A stretch of 31,380 nucleotides of DNA, from contig JBJMMA010000216.1 of assembly GCA_045805065.1 (NCBI GenBank), positions 1-31,380 on the forward strand, in the 5' to 3' direction. The position numbers and the translations under genes were made by a program. The notes under the pieces were generated by a model, which was not told the DNA's origin, ran no database searches, and saw only the letters and a list, made by a program, of their open reading frames with translations. Below are positions 10,706 through 18,285 of this stretch, piece by piece (positions within the stretch are counted from its first letter, which is position 1; the number at the start of each line of letters is the position of its first letter). This DNA is from Bdellovibrionia bacterium. GTDB lineage: Bacteria; Bdellovibrionota; UBA1018.

Positions 10706-10808
10706 GCGTTATTCCCTCCGCACTAATGCGGAGAGCTTATGCAGGACATGTGCTCCAAGAGCAGCCAGCCATTGCCTCCTGCGTTTAATCTTGCATCTCC
10801 GTTCAGCC

Positions 10809-11756
10809 ATGAAGTCAGAAGGCTCCAAACTTGCCGTCATCTCCGCCCTTTTAGCTAACCTTGTCATTGCAGTGAGTAAGTTTGCTGCCGCGCTTCTAAC
10901 AGGAAGCTCTGCCATGTTGTCCGAAGCGATTCACTCCACCGTCGACACGGGAAACGAGATTATGCTTCTCATCGGCACCTCAAAGAGCAGAAAGCCCGCA
11001 GACCCCAGGCATCCCTTAGGACATGGACGCGAAACGTATTTCTGGAACTTCACCGTCGCACTGATGATGTTTGGCGTCGGTGGCGGAATGTCGATTTTTG
11101 AAGGCATCCGGCGCATCACTCATCTTGAGCATGAGATCAGCCGCCCCATCTGGAGCTATGGAACTCTCGGCGTCGCAGCCATTGCAGAATCCATCTCGCT
11201 CTCCATCTCTTATAAACAATTTCGGAGCGAATCCTATGGACGCGCATTCTGGAAAGCAGTGAAATGGAGCAAGGATCCCACAACTTTCACTGTCGTATTT
11301 GAGGACTCGGCCGCCATCATCGGCATTGTCATCGCGTTTCTGGGCGTATTCTTCGGGACTTACTTCAAGAGCCCTTATCCTGACGCTATCGCGTCGATTG
11401 CCATTGGTGTCCTACTCTGCCTGGTTGCGGTCTTTCTCGGCATGGAAACCAAAAGCCTGCTGATTGGCGAAGGAATGAATCCCGAGCGCATCGAGCAAAT
11501 TCGCGCCGTTGTTCAGGCAAATTCACAGATTTCGGAACTCAACGAGGTGGCTACGCTTCAGCTTGGGCCAGGCGATGTCCTTGTACTTCTCAAGATCACA
11601 CCGCATCAAAGACCCGGCTCATTAGACAAGCACTGGCTTGAAGAACTTCAAAATGAACTTGAACAGGCCTTGAGCTCAGTCATCCCGAAGAAGCATCGGC
11701 TCTATATCCAACTCTGCTCAGCTATGGCCAGCTCCACAATGGCTCGCTCTGCTTGA
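10809..11756 (+). CDS. Cation diffusion facilitator (CDF) family metal transporter
   Basis: TGSSAMLSEAIHSTVD, HPLGHGRE, VFEDSAA and SLLIGE motifs, 6 TMs. Confidence 0.92.
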   Translation: MKSEGSKLAVISALLANLVIAVSKFAAALLTGSSAMLSEAIHSTVDTGNEIMLLIGTSKSRKPADPRHPLGHGRETYFWNFTVALMMFGVGGGMSIFEGIRRITHLEHEISRPIWSYGTLGVAAIAESISLSISYKQFRSESYGRAFWKAVKWSKDPTTFTVVFEDSAAIIGIVIAFLGVFFGTYFKSPYPDAIASIAIGVLLCLVAVFLGMETKSLLIGEGMNPERIEQIRAVVQANSQISELNEVATLQLGPGDVLVLLKITPHQRPGSLDKHWLEELQNELEQALSSVIPKKHRLYIQLCSAMASSTMARSA

Positions 11757-11837
11757 ACCGGTCCTCAGTGTCGTTCTGACTCAATTCGAGATCAAAAAAG
11801 CTTTTTTAAAAGCTAGTCAGTGCTTAAGCTAGAAAAC

Positions 11838-13079
11838 ATGAAGATCATCTTCCTATTATTTCTCACTTTGTGGACCTTGCCAATCCACGTTGTATTTGGC
11901 GCTGAAACTGCCCAGAATCTGCATGGCACCTGGCGGATTGATGAAGTGAAAGCTGTTCGAACAGAGCCTCCTGCAAACCAAATGCAAGCTCAGCCCTTCA
12001 TCGGGAAGACTCTATCGATACAAACAGACGAAATAAGATATGGGGACAAGTTTTTGTGGTTTGACGGTCCCTGTCGCAAGCCTCATTACCAGATCGAGGA
12101 TTACAAAAAACCACAAAACGATCCAACGAAAGAGAGCGATTACGGCTTACCGCCTGGAAAACGAATCCAGAAGGAGTTCACGGTTTCGTGTCTATGGTCA
12201 GACGGAAAGAGAAAACCCACTTTTTCCTTTGAAATCATCTCCGCAGATCAAATCTCAATTTACTGGGATGGAAGCCTCGTTTTTCTTCGAAAGATCTCGG
12301 GCGATGAATCAGCCGAAAGTAAATATCTCAAGGCGAGTCGTGCCATTCTGGATCGATTCAAGACTCATGAGCCAAGCGACGAAGAAAACAGAGCAGCACT
12401 TAAAGAGCTTGATGGATTGATTCAAGAAGCAGTGGGACCGATTCAAATTAAAGGATTCCAAGGAAAGTGGACCTCCAATCTACTGACATTCCAGAATGAA
12501 GTGGGCTACGGCAGGGCCGATGGCGTTACGGCCGATGTTCCCGGATTAACGGCTTTCGTGAGCACCCCGAAGCTATTATCCGCTTATCTTGCGAGTAAAG
12601 ATTTGGATTTAAAGACGGCTTCGGAAAATGAAAAGCTTCTCTCTGCGACTTTAGCTTCCGATGCGAGCCTGACTCCCTTCTTCGATGTTCCAGTGGAGCG
12701 TCCTCAAGCGGTCACTCAAGCTCGTGCGCTGGTTGGACTGGAGGCTCAAGATATTGGTCCGTTTGAGCCTCATGAACTGGTCGTCGTCGCGCACCGTGGA
12801 AACCAGGTCTTTCTGATGCGCGAGCATCTCAATGAAATAAAGACCCAGATTCCAGCTTGCGCGGAAATCTGGATGCGACAGCAAAAGCTCGCAGAAACGG
12901 CTTATGCCAAATACAAATCGTCAAACCTTCAAGATCAGAAGGCCTTGAACGAGCACCATCACCTAGAAGATCAGGCGTTTAAGTCTTACCTGAAGTGCTT
13001 TCGAAAAAGCGCCAAGGCGCAGGCGTTTTTTCCTGAGATTAAGAGGCGCGCGGCAGTCTTATTAAAGCGCCTTGAGTAA
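11838..13079 (+). CDS. Secreted hypothetical protein, probably two-domain
   Basis: Long ORF (413 aa from ATG 11838) with a signal peptide and two Cys pairs, one per half. No recognised catalytic motif. Confidence 0.75.
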   Translation: MKIIFLLFLTLWTLPIHVVFGAETAQNLHGTWRIDEVKAVRTEPPANQMQAQPFIGKTLSIQTDEIRYGDKFLWFDGPCRKPHYQIEDYKKPQNDPTKESDYGLPPGKRIQKEFTVSCLWSDGKRKPTFSFEIISADQISIYWDGSLVFLRKISGDESAESKYLKASRAILDRFKTHEPSDEENRAALKELDGLIQEAVGPIQIKGFQGKWTSNLLTFQNEVGYGRADGVTADVPGLTAFVSTPKLLSAYLASKDLDLKTASENEKLLSATLASDASLTPFFDVPVERPQAVTQARALVGLEAQDIGPFEPHELVVVAHRGNQVFLMREHLNEIKTQIPACAEIWMRQQKLAETAYAKYKSSNLQDQKALNEHHHLEDQAFKSYLKCFRKSAKAQAFFPEIKRRAAVLLKRLE

Positions 13080-13120
13080 TATTCCGGTAATGTTTTGACT
13101 GTTAATTCACAATTCAACCG

Positions 13121-13147
13121 TTAAATTTGACGGTGAAATGCCGATAC
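13121..13147 (+). promoter_or_regulatory. Sigma28-type promoter, near-leaderless
   Basis: TAAA (13122-13125)-N14-GCCGATAC (13140-13147), ending 7 nt before an ATG that has no SD. Confidence 0.55.
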
Positions 13148-13154
13148 GTCTGCT

Positions 13155-14234
13155 ATGAAAAGCAGCTCTATCCTTTTTCTCGGCATTTCGATTCTTGTGC
13201 TTTCCCCATTTGCGCTGGTGAGCGCGGCTCAAGCTTCTGAGGATCTGGTTTCCATTCCCGTTCAAAAAGGCGAAAGCCTCATGGAATTTGTAGAGCGCAC
13301 CCACCCCTGCCCGTTTCACGCAGGAGACAACACGCTTCAAAAAGTCTTGCGCTACAACACTGAGACCGTCGGGGCTGATGGCAAGTTCACGCTTGCTCAA
13401 AAAGAGATCAGCGTGCCCCGCTCTTTCCTGACGACCGCAACCTCTTGCCGTGAGCCAGCGTCAGTCGTGCAGGAAAAGGCAGCAGCGCCTCTCCTTCTAG
13501 GCGAAGGACATGGCTCGGGCGGCGGCGAAGGCGTGGTCTTGAACCCCACGGAGCTCACTAAACGTGAACATGGCGAGGAGACGCGTTTTTCAAATGTTGT
13601 GAAAGTTGGAACTTTTCTCGAGTACTCCAAGCTCAATGCCAACAGCTTTTCCGGAAACTCGGCGGATCTGACGTCGAAGCCCGAATATGGTTTCAACATC
13701 GAGTACGATCGCTGGATCAATCGCTTGTTCTTTCTGGGAGCGCACTTCAAGTATGCACATACCGCGTTCCAGGAACTTGACGGGCGCGAACTTAAGGAAG
13801 AATCGACTTCAGCCAATTCAGTGGGAGTAACCGCGGGATATGACGTCGGACCTAAAACGATTCTTACCGTGGACATCAGCGGCGAGCAGATCGACCACGT
13901 CACTTTTCCAGAAGTCGAAGCGGGAGAAACTCCACTTGTTTACGTTCAAAAGTTCTGGGTACCCAAACTGACTTTCGGCGTAAAAAGCGTTTTTGTTGAA
14001 GTCGCAGGCTTTGAAGTAGGCGGAGGCATTGCAGGCTCCCTGTATTTGCCTGCGCGCGGCATCGCAAAGACAAGCCCTTCTGAAAGTGCCGAAGTTTTCG
14101 TTGAACGCGAGCTCAACCCCTTTGTCACCGTTGAACTCGGCCTGGGCGCGCAGTTTGTTCGCCAGGGCTTCGTTGACGGAACGCATTCTTACACGTCATA
14201 TGGCGCAGATTTCGGACTTGGCTTTCATTTCTGA
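13155..14234 (+). CDS. Outer-membrane beta-barrel protein with N-terminal LysM-like domain
   Basis: Signal peptide ends AAQA. SIPVQKGESL...ISVP resembles LysM. The C-terminal ~200 aa are alternating amphipathic strands ending YGADFGLGFHF (BAM beta-signal). Confidence 0.7.
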   Translation: MKSSSILFLGISILVLSPFALVSAAQASEDLVSIPVQKGESLMEFVERTHPCPFHAGDNTLQKVLRYNTETVGADGKFTLAQKEISVPRSFLTTATSCREPASVVQEKAAAPLLLGEGHGSGGGEGVVLNPTELTKREHGEETRFSNVVKVGTFLEYSKLNANSFSGNSADLTSKPEYGFNIEYDRWINRLFFLGAHFKYAHTAFQELDGRELKEESTSANSVGVTAGYDVGPKTILTVDISGEQIDHVTFPEVEAGETPLVYVQKFWVPKLTFGVKSVFVEVAGFEVGGGIAGSLYLPARGIAKTSPSESAEVFVERELNPFVTVELGLGAQFVRQGFVDGTHSYTSYGADFGLGFHF

Positions 14235-14363
14235 CACTCAGTTTTCTTAAAAGTTAACGCCTCGCGGCGTTCAGATCCTCTGCTCCTCCGCACTCTATGA
14301 CGCCCGCTTTCTTGACAAGCGGCCCGCTTTCTCGATAAAAATGCGGAAAAGGGGATCAACTTT

Positions 14364-14873
14364 ATGAAGAAAACGATGATGTTGTTTGTAATGGCAGTAT
14401 TGGGCTCGATCGGTTCAAGCGCAATGGCTGCAGAAGCAACTGTGCAAGCAGTGAAGACTCATAACAGCTTCGACTTCACGGTGAACGGCCGCACGGCTTT
14501 CGGCCATCAAGTTTATTACAACTGCGACGCCGCAGAAGATTACATCGAAAATCTTCTCGGCAAGATGGGCGCAACGAACATCTCTGTTCGCTGCACCGGC
14601 GGAATCGACATGGGCCAGATCCCAATGGATATGCTCGCAATCGAGGTCGCATTTGACTCTGTTCGCATGCCAAGCGCTGCAGTGACCGGCACGGAAACCG
14701 CTGGCGTTTGGAAAGAAGTGAAGCTTCATGACTTCGGCAACTGCAACTTGGCGATGGAAACGATTAAGGGCGTGAAGGATCACTTCGACCTTAAGGACAT
14801 CAAAGGTCTCGACCGTTGCTGGGACGCTAACGACAGCTACAGAGTGTCCTTCTCGGCTCTCATGGCAAACTGA
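14364..14873 (+). CDS. Secreted hypothetical protein (4 Cys)
   Basis: AAGGGG RBS, signal peptide ending SAMA, YYNCDAAE...ISVRCTGG. Confidence 0.8.
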   Translation: MKKTMMLFVMAVLGSIGSSAMAAEATVQAVKTHNSFDFTVNGRTAFGHQVYYNCDAAEDYIENLLGKMGATNISVRCTGGIDMGQIPMDMLAIEVAFDSVRMPSAAVTGTETAGVWKEVKLHDFGNCNLAMETIKGVKDHFDLKDIKGLDRCWDANDSYRVSFSALMAN

Positions 14874-14922
14874 ACAGGCAAACTAAGTCGAAAGACTCAG
14901 ACCGTTTCAGTCTCTGAAAACA

Positions 14923-14976
14923 CAAAAGCCCCGAAGCGTCGTCCTGAAAGTTAGAGCGACTCTTCGGGGCTTTTTG
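14923..14976. terminator. Bidirectional terminator with extended stem
   Basis: AAAAGCCCCGAAG...CTTCGGGGCTTTTT with an inner GTCG/CGAC stem, between convergent genes. Confidence 0.8.
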
Positions 14977-14997
14977 TTTTTCGGATTTTAAAAACAC

Positions 14998-15297
14998 TTA
15001 TTCAATATAAGTGTATTCGCCGCTCTTGGCGATCACGCCGGAGACCTGATCTCCACTTTTCAGCGCGCATTTGGAATCGAGATATTCGACGGTTGAAATC
15101 TCGCCTGGCGTCAGCGGGCAATCATAGGCTGGATTGAACATCTTGAACTCAATTTGATAGTAGCAAACTGAGGAGTTTTCGCTGGTCATGACATCGTAGT
15201 GATTCTTCACTTTTCCGATGAATTGAGCTCTTTCGATCTCACAAGCCGAAGCAGAGTAAGCAGACACAAGAAGAAGGCCAAGGATCAAGTTGCGCAT
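14998..15297 (-). CDS. Small secreted Cys-containing hypothetical protein
   Basis: GGAGGTG RBS before ATG 15297, signal MRNLILGLLLVSAYSASA|C, 4 Cys, 99 aa. Confidence 0.78.
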   Translation of the reverse strand: MRNLILGLLLVSAYSASACEIERAQFIGKVKNHYDVMTSENSSVCYYQIEFKMFNPAYDCPLTPGEISTVEYLDSKCALKSGDQVSGVIAKSGEYTYIE

Positions 15298-15421
15298 AAT
15301 GCACCTCCAAAAGGATTCCGAGCAGTACGTTTGCCGGGGTTCTACCATACCTTATTGGATCGGTACACTATTCCTTTTGAGTCCATAATTGCCACGTATA
15401 TTCAGCCACTTACAATTACCC

Positions 15422-16507
15422 TCAGGCCGCGAGCCGGTCTAAATCAGCTTCCTTCAGCTCCAGCCCAAACCCGGGTCTGGAATCGTCAGGCTTGAGACTT
15501 CCCCGCACGAGTTCTGGGACTCCATCAAAGAGCATCCGCTCAATTCGCACATGATCGTGGAAATACTCGAGATGCCTGAAACCCACGACATGACAGCCCA
15601 GGGCTGCATGCATGCTCGGAGCGCAGTGAGCAGAAACTGGAATATGATAGCTCTCAGCAAGTGCTGCCGCACGAAGAAAACCCGTGATTCCTCCACAGCG
15701 CGTGGCATCGGCCTGCATCACATCCACTGCACCCTGCTCAAGCATTCGCAAGAAATAGTACTCGTCAAATCCATACTCCCCTGCAGCGACATTCATGGGC
15801 GCAGGAAGCCAGGTGCGAAGAAAGGCGAGCCCTTTCAAATCATCGGATGAAACGGGTTCTTCAAACCAGGTCACTCCGTACTCAACAAACCGCTCTCCGA
15901 GATCCAAAGCCCGCTTCACATCGTAAGCACCGTTGGCATCGACAAAAAGCTCCGCACTTTCTCCAATCGCTTCGCGCGCGTTCGATACGCGCTCCACATC
16001 GCGATCAGGCTCGCGTCCCACTTTCATCTTCACGCGCGGAATGCCCTGCTCCACCCAGCCCGCGAGCTGATCTTGAAGCTCTTTCCTTGTATAAGAAGTA
16101 AAGCCTCCGCTCCCATAGACTGGCGCAAGCTTGCGACATGTTCCAAGGAGCTGATGAAGTGGCAACACCAGAAGCTTTGCTTTGAGGTCCCAAAGAGCAA
16201 AGTCCATCGCGGAGATTGCCATGGATGCGATGCCGGGGCGCCCGACGTTTCGGACAGACGCCACCATCGCACTCCAGCAGGAGGGAATATCCAAGGCGCT
16301 TTTTCCAATCACTTGATCGCGGAGTGTTTCCTCAATCAGCGTGGCTGCAGCCTTGGATGCGTAGGTCAGGCCGAGACCCGTGCAGTTTCCTGCCTGGATC
16401 TCGGCAATGACTACGGTCGTGTGATCCCATTGAATGGTTCCATCCGACTCAGGCCGATCTGTCGGAATCGTCACTGAACGAACTTTCACGTCTCGAATGG
16501 GATACAC
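15422..16507 (-). CDS. Mandelate racemase/muconate lactonizing (enolase superfamily) enzyme
   Basis: SAMDFALWDLKAK, KMK, metal ligands in DAN / EEP / GEY, and His in SAHCA (MR subgroup). Confidence 0.92.
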   Translation of the reverse strand: MYPIRDVKVRSVTIPTDRPESDGTIQWDHTTVVIAEIQAGNCTGLGLTYASKAAATLIEETLRDQVIGKSALDIPSCWSAMVASVRNVGRPGIASMAISAMDFALWDLKAKLLVLPLHQLLGTCRKLAPVYGSGGFTSYTRKELQDQLAGWVEQGIPRVKMKVGREPDRDVERVSNAREAIGESAELFVDANGAYDVKRALDLGERFVEYGVTWFEEPVSSDDLKGLAFLRTWLPAPMNVAAGEYGFDEYYFLRMLEQGAVDVMQADATRCGGITGFLRAAALAESYHIPVSAHCAPSMHAALGCHVVGFRHLEYFHDHVRIERMLFDGVPELVRGSLKPDDSRPGFGLELKEADLDRLAA

Positions 16508-16509
16508 GA

Positions 16510-18276
16510 TCAGATAATCTCCCTGATTTTGTCTTCACCGACAGTTGACACAATCGCTCCGCGCTCAGGTTCGCCACGAGCCAGAGCTTGCGCGAACTTG
16601 ATTGCCTGCTCAGGCTTGATCTTTCCAGGCATTGGAGGTTCGTTTGGATCAACGAAACAATCCACAACGACGGGCCCTGGAGTATTGAATGCCTGTTGAA
16701 CCACCTCACCACAATCCTTAGGATCGCGGATCGTCAGACCAACAGCACCACAGGCTCTTGCAACACCTGCGTAATCAATCGTCTCCATGTCGCAGACGTA
16801 TTGCGGATTACCCAGCATGACGATCTGTTCCCACTTGATCTGTCCCAGGGTATCGTTGTGCAGGACAAATACCTTAACCGGAAGCTTGTATTTGACTGCC
16901 GTGGACATCTCGGCCATCAACATGGAGAACGCTCCATCGCCCACGAAGGCCACGACCTGTTTGCCTGGATGGGCAGCCTGCGCACCAATGGCATACGGAA
17001 GCCCGCAAGCCATGGTTGCAAGGGTACCGGAGATCGAATGCTGCTGTCCGCGACGGACAGGAATCTGGCGTGCCCACCAGGTTGCAGCAGTTCCAGAGTC
17101 ACAGGCAACGATCGCGTCTTCCGTAAGGCGTTTGCCAATCTCCCAGGCCACGACCTGAGGCTTCATCGGCATGTCCATGCGAGAGCCACGCTCCTTCATC
17201 AATGACCACCAATCTTTCATGCGCGACTGCGCTAAAGAGAGAAAATCTCGGTGATCATTCCGATGAAGCATCGGCAAAAGGGCTCGAAGCGTCTTTTTGC
17301 TATCACCCACCAAGCCTACTTCCACCGGATAGCGCAGAGCGATTCGTGTGGGGTCCGTATCAATCTGAATAGCGCGGGCCTGATCAGGCTTTGGCAGGAA
17401 CTCGAGGTAAGGGAAACTTGTTCCGACCATGATCAGAGTATCGCACTCTTCTATAGCCATCTGTGATGCGTACGTACCTAAAAGACCAATTCCACCGGTC
17501 GTGTAGATACTGTCATCGGGAACAGCCGCTTTACCCAAAAGCGGTTTAACGATCGGAGCGCCGAGTTTTTCCGCAAGCTCGATCAGTTCGTCCGTTGCTT
17601 CCAGAGCTCCACGGCCCGCTAAAATTACGATTTTACGGCCCTCGTTGAGAACCTTGGAGGCGCGCTGAAGATCATCCGCCAGAGGTAAAAGCGCCGATTG
17701 CGGCTTGACGAACGAGACATGGTGAGGCTTGTTGCGCTTGGAGCGATGTCCTTCCTGAACTTCCATGGACTGAATGTCGACTGGAATCGTGATGTGCGCC
17801 ACTCCGTTTTGGGCCATCGCGGTTCGGCAGGCAAGCTCCGTGATATTCTCCACGTGAGTCGGGCCCATAATACGCTGATTAAAAACAGTCACATCCATAA
17901 AGAGCTTATCGAGCTCAACGTCCTGCTGCGTGTGAGTGCCGATCAGATCATGATACTGCATGCCCGTGATCGCAAGAACCGATGCACCATCCATCTTAGC
18001 GTCATAAAGACCGTTCAGGAGGTGGATCCCGCCAGGACCTGAGGTTGCCAAGCAAACTCCAAGTTTTCCCGTAAACTTGGAGTAACCTGTTGCCGCGAAG
18101 GCAGCCGCTTCTTCATGTCGAACATGAATGAATCGAATCTGATCCTGGCGCGTGCGAAGTGCTTCGATCACGCCATTAATGCCGTCTCCAGGGATGCCGA
18201 AAATCGTGTCCACGCCCCAACGAATCAAGGTTTCGACTAAAACGTCGCCTGATGTCATTTTCTTTTCTTGAGCCAT
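16510..18276 (-). CDS. TPP-dependent pyruvate oxidase/dehydrogenase (PoxB-like)
   Basis: FGIPGDGIN, VRHEEAAAFAA, TSGPGGIHLLNGLYDAK, and TPP motif GDGAFSM...HND. AAGGAG RBS. Confidence 0.9.
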   Translation of the reverse strand: MAQEKKMTSGDVLVETLIRWGVDTIFGIPGDGINGVIEALRTRQDQIRFIHVRHEEAAAFAATGYSKFTGKLGVCLATSGPGGIHLLNGLYDAKMDGASVLAITGMQYHDLIGTHTQQDVELDKLFMDVTVFNQRIMGPTHVENITELACRTAMAQNGVAHITIPVDIQSMEVQEGHRSKRNKPHHVSFVKPQSALLPLADDLQRASKVLNEGRKIVILAGRGALEATDELIELAEKLGAPIVKPLLGKAAVPDDSIYTTGGIGLLGTYASQMAIEECDTLIMVGTSFPYLEFLPKPDQARAIQIDTDPTRIALRYPVEVGLVGDSKKTLRALLPMLHRNDHRDFLSLAQSRMKDWWSLMKERGSRMDMPMKPQVVAWEIGKRLTEDAIVACDSGTAATWWARQIPVRRGQQHSISGTLATMACGLPYAIGAQAAHPGKQVVAFVGDGAFSMLMAEMSTAVKYKLPVKVFVLHNDTLGQIKWEQIVMLGNPQYVCDMETIDYAGVARACGAVGLTIRDPKDCGEVVQQAFNTPGPVVVDCFVDPNEPPMPGKIKPEQAIKFAQALARGEPERGAIVSTVGEDKIREII

Positions 18277-18285
18277 TTTTGCTCC

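Noticed and set aside
11794..11807. Perfect palindrome AAAAAAGCTTTTTT
   Set aside because: Low-complexity A/T runs, too weak for a terminator stem, and no second copy to support an operator.
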